From: Syntrophales bacterium
GTDB lineage: Bacteria > Desulfobacterota > Syntrophia > Syntrophales > UBA6807
Direction: 5' to 3'
Assembly: GCA_040767195.1 (NCBI GenBank)
Contig: JAXGPA010000004.1
Span: 160,001 to 224,000 of the forward strand
DNA: 64,000 nucleotides
Part shown: positions 49,690-61,074 of the stretch, in pieces
How positions within the stretch are numbered: the first letter of the stretch is position 1
Layout: each line of letters starts with the position of its first letter
The notes under the pieces: generated by a model
What the model saw: the letters and a program-made list of their open reading frames with translations, nothing else
Databases searched by the model: none
What the model was told of the DNA's origin: nothing
Translations under genes and position numbers: made by a program

Positions 49690-50108
49690 TTGAGGTGGGT
49701 GCCGGGCCAGTAGAAGCGGCCGCAGGAGGGGCACCGGCCGAAGTGTTTGTGGGTCGCGTAAATGTAAGGGGGAACGAACGGTTTGGCCTCCTCCCGGGGC
49801 ATGTCGAGGAGGATCTCGTTGCACAGGATGCAGCGGGTGAAATAAGCCGACCGGTCCGGTGTCAGCCCGAAGGCGGCGGTGACCTCCTGCAGCTGGCCGG
49901 GCAGATCGTCAGACACGATGACGAGCATGCGGCCCCGGTAGTTTCGCCGGGCCATGTCCTTTCGCCTGGTGAGAACGACACGCCCTTCCCGGAAACCGCG
50001 ATCGAGCAGGGCCCGCCCCATGTTTTCCCTGTCATAGACAGTGTCATACCCCAGGATCCGAAGCCACTTGGCCAGCTTTCCCAGGTTCCGGTCCGCCAGA
50101 AATTTCAT
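49656..50108 (-). CDS. Mut7-C RNase (PIN-like) domain protein
   Basis: KFLAD..LGKLAKWLRILGYDT, RVVLTR, RC..CN..L, CP.C.R.YW.GTH. Confidence 0.9.
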   Translation of the reverse strand: MKFLADRNLGKLAKWLRILGYDTVYDRENMGRALLDRGFREGRVVLTRRKDMARRNYRGRMLVIVSDDLPGQLQEVTAAFGLTPDRSAYFTRCILCNEILLDMPREEAKPFVPPYIYATHKHFGRCPSCGRFYWPGTHLNGVGPRQHPEK

Positions 50109-50222
50109 GGGGATTCATCCCGCCGCCGTCTTCCGGGCGCCCCGCGGGGCGCCCTTTCCTGCCCCGACGGGCAAGGGGCGTTTTCCGCCGGCGCCGGGAA
50201 AGGAATGCAATGAAACGATTGC

Positions 50223-50579
50223 TTACGGGATTTCCTCCGTTTTTTCTTTTTCCTCTTCCGGGGTTTCCTCTTTTTTCGGCTCCTCTTCGGGGAGGGTCTC
50301 TTCCTCTTCTTCCTTTTCCTTCTTCACGTCCTTTTCGTAGGCTTTCAATTGTTTCTTGAGCTTCTTCACCTTTCTCGACAGGCGGCTTCTTTCGACGATA
50401 TCCAGGAAGCCCACAAAAATCGCCCCCGCGCCGAAGGCGATGAAAATGAGGAGGTAGGCGGGAATCTTGAAGTCGAACAGGTCGTAGTATTTCAGGTGAA
50501 CGGGATCGAAGTTGGCCAGGGAAAAGGTTATGATGAAAAGAACCAACAACATTCCAATGATCGTCAGAAGAAGTTTCAT
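50223..50579 (-). CDS. LapA/DUF1049-family small membrane protein with acidic tail
   Basis: TM - F...N...V.L - TM (F..G) - Lys-rich coiled coil pattern; Glu/Lys/Pro-rich tail. Confidence 0.65.
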   Translation of the reverse strand: MKLLLTIIGMLLVLFIITFSLANFDPVHLKYYDLFDFKIPAYLLIFIAFGAGAIFVGFLDIVERSRLSRKVKKLKKQLKAYEKDVKKEKEEEEETLPEEEPKKEETPEEEKEKTEEIP

Positions 50580-50580
50580 C

Positions 50581-51063
50581 CTAAACCTCCAAATGTTTTT
50601 TCAGGCAGGGCAACAATAACGCCTTGGTCTCGTTCACATCCTGGGGAATGACCCGGATATCCCCCACGACCGTCGCAAAGTTCGTATCCCCCGACCAGCG
50701 CGGCACGATGTGCAGGTGGAGATGGCCCGCCACGCCGGCGCCGGCCGCTTTGCCCACGTTCATTCCCACATTGAACCCTTCCGCGCCCATGGCCTCTTTC
50801 AGGGCCTTGATGGAACACTCCATGAAGTGGAACATCTCGAGGCGTTCTTCCGCCGACAGATCCTCCACCTGGGAAATGTGCCTGTAAGGGATGACCAGAA
50901 GGTGCCCCGTGTTGTAGGGGTACTTGTTCAACATCAGGGCGCAGGATGTGCCCTCGAAGAGAACAAGGGGTTCCTCGCGGTCGGAATGCTTGCAGAAGAC
51001 GCATCCGTCCTGCCTCTTGGAGGTCAGATATTCCATCCGCCCGGGAGCATTCAAATGTTTCAT
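50581..51063 (-). CDS. HIT-family nucleotide hydrolase/phosphorylase
   Basis: CVFC, LNKYPYNTGH, GFNVGMN.G..AGAG, HLHLHIVPRW.GD.NF. Confidence 0.92.
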   Translation of the reverse strand: MKHLNAPGRMEYLTSKRQDGCVFCKHSDREEPLVLFEGTSCALMLNKYPYNTGHLLVIPYRHISQVEDLSAEERLEMFHFMECSIKALKEAMGAEGFNVGMNVGKAAGAGVAGHLHLHIVPRWSGDTNFATVVGDIRVIPQDVNETKALLLPCLKKHLEV

Positions 51064-51557
51064 GACACGCCGTCTTTCAAATCGATGATCGACCCGGTGA
51101 TCTCGTCACCGATGTCGAGAATGCCGATGGAGCGCCTGGATGAAAAAAAACGGTCCGTCGGTGACCCGGGATTGAAAAAAAGAATCCCCGCTTTCCGGTG
51201 ATTCACCGCTCGGTGCGTGTGCCCGTAAACAAGGCAATCGATGGTTTCGGAACTGAACGCCTCGAGAAGCCTCTCCTCGATATCTGCCGGGCTTCCCCAC
51301 CCGTGGATCAGTCCGATTCGAAATCGGCCCGCCTGGATGACCCGTTTTCCCGGGAGGGTTTCCCGAACAGCCCGGGAATCCATGTTGCCCGCGACGGCAA
51401 GAACCGCCGTGCCGGAAAAAACGCCGAGGACCTCCGGTTCAACCAGGTCCCCGGCATGGAGAATCAGATCGACACCGCCGAAATGGGCCTCCGCCGTCCT
51501 TTTAAGGGTTTCGTCAAAACCCTTCAGGTGAGTATCGGAAATAACACCGATTTTCAT
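51060..51557 (-). CDS. YfcE/MJ0936-family metallophosphoesterase
   Basis: SDTH, HAGD, GNMD, HG, GHTH, NPGS. Confidence 0.92.
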   Translation of the reverse strand: MKIGVISDTHLKGFDETLKRTAEAHFGGVDLILHAGDLVEPEVLGVFSGTAVLAVAGNMDSRAVRETLPGKRVIQAGRFRIGLIHGWGSPADIEERLLEAFSSETIDCLVYGHTHRAVNHRKAGILFFNPGSPTDRFFSSRRSIGILDIGDEITGSIIDLKDGVS

Positions 51558-51626
51558 ACGGGAACACCGCTTTTTTTGTATTATATCGAGTTTAAAATCT
51601 CAAGTCATTTTTTGACGGGGCCTTCG

Positions 51627-51655
51627 TTGACTTTTTCTTTCAACAGTCATACCAT
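51627..51655 (+). promoter_or_regulatory. Sigma70-type promoter for the hypothetical-ligA-acyP operon
   Basis: TTGACT-N17-TACCAT. Confidence 0.55.
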
Positions 51656-51844
51656 ACGCTGCCAAGAGCGGAATGTCGCCGTCACCGATCCCGGGAAAAC
51701 CGGTGGACGGGCCTTTCCCCCGGCTTCGGGAAAGGCGCCCGGGACAGGGTGCCCCGGTGTCGTGAAACGGGGCGTGCCGAACGGTCCGCCGCCGTTACGG
51801 AAAACGAACCGCCCTCCGCACAGGATGTTTTTCACGGAGCCGTC

Positions 51845-54443
<2,599 letters not shown>

Positions 54444-54445
54444 TA

Positions 54446-54736
54446 TCAGGCCGCGAGAGGGCCCGTTTCGCCACCCGCCGCCGCATCCGGGGACAGATAC
54501 CGATAATAAAGAAAAAGATCTGCGGCGACCATGGCGGCGTTGACACCGTAAAAAACCGTCACCCAGTCAAAATTGTAGAGGACTTTGTGGGCGATACCGC
54601 TCAGGTAACCCATGATGATCACGGCCATGAAAAGAGGGCTCTTCCCCTCGACCTTTTTCGTCCTCAGCGCCTTGGCAATGGAAATGGGCCAGCTCGCCCC
54701 GAAACACAAAAGCATGAACGCCTCGAAAAAACTCAT
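54446..54736 (-). CDS. Small 3-TM PQ-loop/SemiSWEET-like membrane protein
   Basis: CFG.SWP.SI.K..RTK...GKS..F, three hydrophobic helices. Confidence 0.65.
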   Translation of the reverse strand: MSFFEAFMLLCFGASWPISIAKALRTKKVEGKSPLFMAVIIMGYLSGIAHKVLYNFDWVTVFYGVNAAMVAADLFLYYRYLSPDAAAGGETGPLAA

Positions 54737-54753
54737 CGGTGATCAAGCCTCCA

Positions 54754-55623
54754 TCATTTCTGTAATCCGTCCTGACGGGGTCGGGCCTCCCAGAGAACAG
54801 CGGCCAGGCGCCCGAACTCCCCCACCGTCAGGGTTTCCCCCCGTCTTTTCCCGTCCAGGCCCGCCCTTTCGAGAAGATCCGAAACGGGGGTTTCCCCCCC
54901 AAAATTCCTGAAATTATTGTAGAGGGTTTTTCTTCTTTGGGAAAAGGCCCGGCGGACCACCTGCCGGAAGAAGGCCTCATCAGGGACCGGGATGAGGGGG
55001 GTATCCCGAAAGGCCAGGCGGACAACGGCGGAGTGAACTTTCGGCGCGGGGTAAAAACAGGACGGTGGAACGTCGAGTTCCCGGACCGGGTCGCCGTAGG
55101 CCCGGGCCATGACCGAGAGAATCCCGTAGGCTTTTGTCCCCGGAGAGGCGGTGAGACGGTCCGCCACTTCCTTCTGGAACATGAGCACGGCCTCGGATAA
55201 CTGGCGGTGATACCGGATGAGATGGAAAAAAATGGGGGAGGACAGGTTGTAGGGAATGTTGCCAACGACCCGGAACCTCACCGTCCCTTTTTCTTCTTGT
55301 CGAAGCCGCTTCCCGAGGGCCGCGAAATCCACCTGGAGGATGTCCGCCTCGAGAATGTCCACGTTTCCCAGGGCTTTCAATTCTTCTCTCAGGATCTTCG
55401 TAAGCCGGGAATCCACCTCTACGGCCACGACCCGGGAAGCCCGGGCGGCGAGACACTCCGTCAGGAGGCCCAGGCCGGCACCGATTTCCACCACCGTCCC
55501 CCCTTTTTCGGGAACGGCAAGATCGCCGATTTTCCGAATCATGTTCCCGTCGACGAGAAAGGACTGGCCGAGACCCTTGAGGGGCCGGATGCCGTGTTTT
55601 CGAAGCCGTTCCAGCGTCGTCAC
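54754..55623 (-). CDS. rsmA: 16S rRNA m6,2A dimethyltransferase
   Basis: LGQ.FL, EIG.G.G.LT, NIPY, MFQKEVA.R, F.QRRK.L. Confidence 0.95.
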   Translation of the reverse strand: MTTLERLRKHGIRPLKGLGQSFLVDGNMIRKIGDLAVPEKGGTVVEIGAGLGLLTECLAARASRVVAVEVDSRLTKILREELKALGNVDILEADILQVDFAALGKRLRQEEKGTVRFRVVGNIPYNLSSPIFFHLIRYHRQLSEAVLMFQKEVADRLTASPGTKAYGILSVMARAYGDPVRELDVPPSCFYPAPKVHSAVVRLAFRDTPLIPVPDEAFFRQVVRRAFSQRRKTLYNNFRNFGGETPVSDLLERAGLDGKRRGETLTVGEFGRLAAVLWEARPRQDGLQK

Positions 55624-56078
55624 GGTTGTTCCCGTTTCCGGATCATTCGAAGGCTTCGAAGGGCGAGGGCGTAGCCGCCCAGGGCCAGGAAGGGGGCCAT
55701 GGCGACGCCGCCCAGGAGAAGGGGCGCCATGACGGATTTTCCCATGTGGAGGATCGTGTAGAAGGAATAATCGGAAAAAACGACCTCCATGGAATTCATA
55801 CCCAGGAGACGCTTCCCAAGGTGGTACTGGGACAGGTAAAAAACGGGAATGGTGAGGGGATTGGAGACAAGCCAGGACCCGAGCCAGGCGGCGGTGAAAT
55901 TTCGCCGGAAAAGAAGGACCAGGACAAGGATGATGATCGTGTGAAAGGGAATCGTCGGGGTGACGCCGACGAAAATGCCGATGGCGAGGCTCATCGCGAT
56001 GTGTTCAGGGGCCCCCCGGAGAGAGATGAACTGATCGTAGAACTTCTTCCACCAGGCCTTGACAAACCCCGGAATCAT
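55620..56078 (-). CDS. DUF2062-family membrane protein
   Basis: P..IA...AIG.F.G..P, W.SNPLT.P. Confidence 0.8.
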   Translation of the reverse strand: MIPGFVKAWWKKFYDQFISLRGAPEHIAMSLAIGIFVGVTPTIPFHTIIILVLVLLFRRNFTAAWLGSWLVSNPLTIPVFYLSQYHLGKRLLGMNSMEVVFSDYSFYTILHMGKSVMAPLLLGGVAMAPFLALGGYALALRSLRMIRKREQP

Positions 56079-57091
56079 CGGAGGCTCTCCCCGAACTCCA
56101 GGGGCCACCGGGACAGGGCGTTCAGGTCAAGAGGGTCTCGTCTGCCTTTCAGCAGGAGGAAATGGCCGACGGCGCCGATCATGGCGGCGTTGTCGGTGCA
56201 AAGCCGAAGGGGGGGGATGAAGACCTCCACCCCTTTTTTTTCCGCCTCTTCGAGAAACCGCTGTCTCAGGCGGCTGTTGGCGGCAACTCCGCCGGAAACG
56301 ACGACCCGGTCAAGACGGTTCTGTTCCGCCGCCCGAAGGGTTTTGTCCACGAGGACATCCACCACCGCCTCCTGGAAACTCGCGACGATGTGAGGCAGCT
56401 CCGCCGCCTCCACGGGATTCTCTCTCTTTTTCAGGTAATGGAGCAGGGACGTCTTGAGGCCGCTGAAACTGAAATCGAGGCTGTCCCGCATGGAGCGGGG
56501 AAAAGAGATCCGCCCGGGGTCCCCCTCCTTGGCCAGGCGGTCGATGACGACCCCCCCGGGATACCCCAGGTCCAGCATCTTCGCCGCCTTGTCGAAGGCC
56601 TCCCCGGCGGCATCGTCCCGGGTCTGGCCGAGACACGCCACGGAGCCGAAATCCCGGACCCGGTAAATACTGGTATGCCCCCCTGACACGACAAGGGCGA
56701 TGAAGGGGAATTCGGGGCGGCTCTCCGTCAGGAAAACGGCGGCGATATGACCTTCCAGGTGATTCACGCCCACCAGGGGAAGACCGGAGGCGAAAGCCAG
56801 GGCCTTCGCCGTGTTCAGGCCCACCAGGAGGGACCCCACGAGCCCCGGTCCCCGGGTGACGGCGATGGCCTCCAAATCCCCGAGGGTCGTGTTCCCGTCC
56901 TCGAGAGCCTGGAAGATAACGGGAACGATGGCTTCCATGTGCTTCCGGGAAGCGATTTCGGGCACCACCCCGCCATAGCGGCTGTGCACCTGGACCTGGG
57001 AGGAGACGACATTGGAAAGAACCTCCGTCCCGTCCCGGATGACCGCCGCGGACGTTTCGTCGCAGGAAGATTCGATCGCCAGAAGCCGCAT
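56075..57091 (-). CDS. tsaD: tRNA N6-adenosine threonylcarbamoyltransferase
   Basis: IESSCDET, GGVVPEIASR.H, H..GH, VSGGHT, DDAAGEAFDK, TDNAAMI. Confidence 0.97.
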   Translation of the reverse strand: MRLLAIESSCDETSAAVIRDGTEVLSNVVSSQVQVHSRYGGVVPEIASRKHMEAIVPVIFQALEDGNTTLGDLEAIAVTRGPGLVGSLLVGLNTAKALAFASGLPLVGVNHLEGHIAAVFLTESRPEFPFIALVVSGGHTSIYRVRDFGSVACLGQTRDDAAGEAFDKAAKMLDLGYPGGVVIDRLAKEGDPGRISFPRSMRDSLDFSFSGLKTSLLHYLKKRENPVEAAELPHIVASFQEAVVDVLVDKTLRAAEQNRLDRVVVSGGVAANSRLRQRFLEEAEKKGVEVFIPPLRLCTDNAAMIGAVGHFLLLKGRRDPLDLNALSRWPLEFGESLR

Positions 57092-57209
57092 GAGATCCTG
57101 TTTAAAATTCCTTTCCTCAACGTAAGGAAAAAGATATATAAAAAAGCTGATTTTTTGTAAACAGAAAAGACCTTCAAAAAACGTCAAAAAGGGTGACAAG
57201 GGGTGTTTC

Positions 57210-58841
57210 ATGGAGGTTGAAACGGATTTTCTCGTTCTCGGCAGCGGCATCGCCGGTCTCAGTTTCGCCATAAAGGCGGCGGAGCTGGGCACCGTGGCCG
57301 TGGTCACGAAGAAAGAAAAGATCGAGTCGAACACCAACTACGCCCAGGGGGGGATCGCCGTCGTCCTCGACAAGACGGACAGTTTCGACAGCCACATCAA
57401 GGACACCCTGGAAAGTGGCGCCGGGCTGTGCCGGGAAGAGGTGGTCCGCTTCGTGGTCCGTGAGGGACCGGAACGGATTGGGGAACTCATCGACTGGGGC
57501 GTGGATTTTACCCGCACGGAAGACAGGGACACGGCGCCTTTCGACCTCGGCCGCGAAGGGGGCCACAGCCACCGCCGGGTCATTCACGCCAGGGACTTCA
57601 CCGGCCAGGAGGTGGAACGGGCCCTGGTGGAAAAGGCGGCCACCAGGGACAACATCCGGATTTATGAAAATTTCCTGGCCGTCAACCTCATTCTCGAATC
57701 GAAAGTCCGCGGTGTCGCCGGCGCCCGGGACGAAGGCCCGGACCGCTGCCTGGGCGCCTATGTCTTCGACATCCTGAAAAACCGGATCCACACCTTCCTG
57801 GCGAAGTTCGTTCTCATCGCCACGGGCGGCGCCGGAAAGGTCTACCTCATCACCACCAACCCCGACATCGCCACGGGGGACGGAATCGCCATGGCCTACC
57901 GGGCGGGCGCCCGCATCGCCAACATGGAGTTCATCCAGTTCCACCCGACCTGCCTTTATCACCCCGAAGCCAAGTCCTTCCTCATCAGCGAAGCGGTGCG
58001 GGGCGAGGGCGGTATTCTGCGCCTGAAAGACGGGACGACGTTCATGGAAAATTACCACCCCATGAAAAGCCTGGCCCCCAGGGACATCGTCGCCCAGGCC
58101 ATCGACGGGGAGCTGAAGAAGTCCGGCGATGAATACGTGCTTCTCGACATCACCCACCGATCCCGGGACTTCCTGAAGGACCGGTTCCCGAATATTTACG
58201 AGCGCTGTCTCGAATTCGACATCGACATGGCGGTGGAGCCGATCCCCGTCGTCCCGGCGGCGCACTACATCTGCGGGGGCATCCTGGTAAACGACTGGGG
58301 GGAGACATCCATCCGGGGTCTCTTCGCCTGCGGCGAATCCTCCTGCACGGGCCTTCACGGGGCCAACCGGCTGGCGAGCAACTCGCTCCTGGAGGCCCTC
58401 GTCTTCGCCCACCGGGTATTCCTGAGAATCCGGGAACGGTTCCCCGGAACGAGGCGGCCGGACCTTCCCGTTCCGCCCTGGGATCCCCGGGGCGCCCTCG
58501 AAAGCGACGATTCCGTCGTGGTTTCAAACAACTGGGACGAGGTCCGGCGGAGCATGTGGAACTACGTGGGGATCGTCCGGACAAACAAGCGCCTCGACCG
58601 GGCCAAGAGGCGGATCGACCTCATTCTCCAGGAGATCGAGGAATACTACTGGAATTTCACCATCACCCGGGATCTCCTGGAACTCAGGAACATCGCCACG
58701 GTTGCGAAGCTCATCGTCACCTGCGCCCGGATGCGAAAGGAAAGCCGGGGGCTCCACCTGAACCGGGACTACCCCGGCAAGGACGACAGCTGGCGGAAAG
58801 ACACGATCATCCAGCGGGGACTCACGGAAACGGGTCTCTGA
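57210..58841 (+). CDS. nadB: L-aspartate oxidase
   Basis: GSGIAGL, NT.YAQGGIA, EGGHS..R..H, QFHPT, HGANRLASNSLLE, ESRGLH. Confidence 0.95.
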   Translation: MEVETDFLVLGSGIAGLSFAIKAAELGTVAVVTKKEKIESNTNYAQGGIAVVLDKTDSFDSHIKDTLESGAGLCREEVVRFVVREGPERIGELIDWGVDFTRTEDRDTAPFDLGREGGHSHRRVIHARDFTGQEVERALVEKAATRDNIRIYENFLAVNLILESKVRGVAGARDEGPDRCLGAYVFDILKNRIHTFLAKFVLIATGGAGKVYLITTNPDIATGDGIAMAYRAGARIANMEFIQFHPTCLYHPEAKSFLISEAVRGEGGILRLKDGTTFMENYHPMKSLAPRDIVAQAIDGELKKSGDEYVLLDITHRSRDFLKDRFPNIYERCLEFDIDMAVEPIPVVPAAHYICGGILVNDWGETSIRGLFACGESSCTGLHGANRLASNSLLEALVFAHRVFLRIRERFPGTRRPDLPVPPWDPRGALESDDSVVVSNNWDEVRRSMWNYVGIVRTNKRLDRAKRRIDLILQEIEEYYWNFTITRDLLELRNIATVAKLIVTCARMRKESRGLHLNRDYPGKDDSWRKDTIIQRGLTETGL

Positions 58842-58895
58842 GGGTTTAGCGAGGAGAAGATCCGCCGACTTCGAAGGCACCGGGATGCCGGGAAG

Positions 58896-59501
58896 TCACT
58901 CGCCGGGCCAGCGAAGCTGCAGCTGTCCCAGGACGCTCGAGAACACCAGGACCCGCGACGGTCCGCCCTCTTCCGGTACAGGGGCGTCGAACCGGAGGGA
59001 ATAGAATTTTCCATACGGGGTGATGTAAGGGAAAAAGCCCTGGATGACGGGTGTGATGTTCTCTATCTCCCGAAGGTCCGCGGGGAAAAGGGTTTTTTCC
59101 TCCCCCAGGATCAGTGAAACTTTCCAGATCGAGTTGGACCGGGCAAAATCGTTCCATTTTTTGTCGGGCACGTAGGCGTAGAAGAAATATTCCAGGCCGT
59201 CGAAATCGCCCGTCTCCAGGGCTTCACCGGCCCCTTTTTCGGCCGTCGAAGACGGGTGGATGCGGTCCCGTTCCTGCCGGTAGGCCTCGTTGAAGGCCCT
59301 GCTTCTTTCGGTCGCCACGACCCGGGCCATGGTTTCGAACTCGACATAGACGGTCTTCTCCCGGGTCCACCGGTCCAGGGTGTCGAGATAGGGCGCGGAA
59401 ATCCGGCCTTCCCGGAGAATCTCGGCATAGTGCCGGATCTCGCTACAGCTCAGACATGTCATCGAGAGAACGAACAAAACCCCCAAGGCAATCCGCTTCA
59501 T
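58896..59501 (-). CDS. Hypothetical lipoprotein
   Basis: GGAGG SD; MKR + hydrophobic stretch + CLSC lipobox. Confidence 0.65.
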   Translation of the reverse strand: MKRIALGVLFVLSMTCLSCSEIRHYAEILREGRISAPYLDTLDRWTREKTVYVEFETMARVVATERSRAFNEAYRQERDRIHPSSTAEKGAGEALETGDFDGLEYFFYAYVPDKKWNDFARSNSIWKVSLILGEEKTLFPADLREIENITPVIQGFFPYITPYGKFYSLRFDAPVPEEGGPSRVLVFSSVLGQLQLRWPGE

Positions 59502-60798
59502 TGACCCCTCCGAAAACGCGGGAAAAGATGTAATTCACATTCTTCAGAAAATTCTCCACCCGGAAGACCTCGTCCAGGTCAGCCTCGGTGAGGCGCTCCA
59601 TGACCTCGCCGTCCTCCCGGAGAAGCCGTTTCAGTTCCGTTCCCTCCTGCCAGGTTTTCATGGCGTTCCTCTGGACAAGGGCGTAAGCCTCCTCCCGGGA
59701 AACCCCCTTCTCGACGAGTTTGAGCAGAACCATCTGGGAAAAGATGAGCCCGCCGGTCATCTCCAGGTTGGCGATCATCCGCCCGGGGTACACGAGAAGG
59801 CGGTCCATGAGCCCGGTGAAGCGGTGAAGCATGAAGTCCAGAAGGGTCGTCCCGTCCGGCCCGATGACCCGCTCCACCGAAGAGTGGCTGATGTCCCGCT
59901 CGTGCCAGAGGGGAACGTCCTCCAGCGCCGCCAGGGCGTAAGACCGGACGACCCGGGCCAGCCCCGACAGATTCTCCGAGAGAACGGGGTTTCTCTTGTG
60001 GGGCATGGCGGAAGAGCCCTTCTGGCCCGGGGAAAAAAATTCCTCCGCCTCCCGGACCTCGGTCCTCTGGAGAAGACGGATTTCCTGGGCGAACTTGTCT
60101 ATGGACGACGCCGTGACGGCGAGGGCGCAGAAATACTCGGCGTGGCGGTCCCGCTGGACGATCTGGGAAGAGACGGGAGCGGGCTTCAGTCCCAGCCGGG
60201 CGCAGACGTACTCTTCCACGAAGGGGTCGACGAAGGAAAAGGTTCCCACGGCCCCGGAAAGCTTACCCACGCTGACCGCTTCCTTGGCCCGGAGGATCCG
60301 GTCCCGGTTTCGTTCCATTTCCTGGTACCAGAGCGCGAGCTTGAGCCCGAAGGTGATCGGTTCCGCGTGAATCCCGTGGGACCGGCCGATCATCAGGGTG
60401 TCCTTGTGGTGGAAGGCCTGGCGCCGGAGAACGGCGAGAAGGTCGTCGACGCCCCGGAGAATGATTTCCGCCGCCTCCCGGAGGAGAAGGGCGAGAGACG
60501 TGTCGAGGATGTCCGAGGAAGTGAGCCCCATGTGGACGAACCGGGCGTCCTCGCCCACATGCTCGGACACGGACGTGAGAAAAGCGATGACGTCGTGTTT
60601 CACCACCTTTTCGATCTCGTCTATCCGCGCCACGTCGAAACCCGCCCTGGCCTGTATGTTCGCCAGGGCGGCGGCGGGGATCCTGCCCATGCTGGCGAGG
60701 GCTTCGCAGGCGAGGATCTCGATATCCAGCCATTTCCGGTAGCGGTTCTCGGGGCTCCAGAGGGCGGTCATTTCCGGTCTCGCGTAACGGGGTATCAA
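59443..60798 (-). CDS. purB: Adenylosuccinate lyase
   Basis: IPRY, HDVIAF, GRSHGIHAEP, GSSAMPHKRNP, HERDISHSS. Confidence 0.97.
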   Translation of the reverse strand: MIPRYARPEMTALWSPENRYRKWLDIEILACEALASMGRIPAAALANIQARAGFDVARIDEIEKVVKHDVIAFLTSVSEHVGEDARFVHMGLTSSDILDTSLALLLREAAEIILRGVDDLLAVLRRQAFHHKDTLMIGRSHGIHAEPITFGLKLALWYQEMERNRDRILRAKEAVSVGKLSGAVGTFSFVDPFVEEYVCARLGLKPAPVSSQIVQRDRHAEYFCALAVTASSIDKFAQEIRLLQRTEVREAEEFFSPGQKGSSAMPHKRNPVLSENLSGLARVVRSYALAALEDVPLWHERDISHSSVERVIGPDGTTLLDFMLHRFTGLMDRLLVYPGRMIANLEMTGGLIFSQMVLLKLVEKGVSREEAYALVQRNAMKTWQEGTELKRLLREDGEVMERLTEADLDEVFRVENFLKNVNYIFSRVFGGVNEADCLGGFVRSLDDMSEL

Positions 60799-60989
60799 GA
60801 AAAAGGTCTCCTTTTCTTTTTCCTGTTTTCATATTATGAATGAATGAGGGAATCAAGCCATTTTCCGCCGACCCCGAAAAAACGGCCCCCATCGGGATCT
60901 TTCATCGCGAGACGCCGTGACGGGGGCCAACCCCGCCAATAAACTGCGAAAAAAAACTTGAAATTTTTTCTTGTATTTCCCCGAAAGGA

Positions 60990-61036
60990 AGACTATATAT
61001 AGTAGTCATATTCATACAAGACACTATATATTGTGC
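60990..61036. promoter_or_regulatory. Tandem NrdR boxes upstream of nrdD
   Basis: AGACTATATATAGTAG (60990) and ACACTATATATTGTGC (61021), starts 31 bp apart; match consensus acaCwAtATaTwGtgt. Confidence 0.85.
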
Positions 61037-61074
61037 TTTACAGCGAAATCATTTCAAAGAGGGGGGAACAGAAC

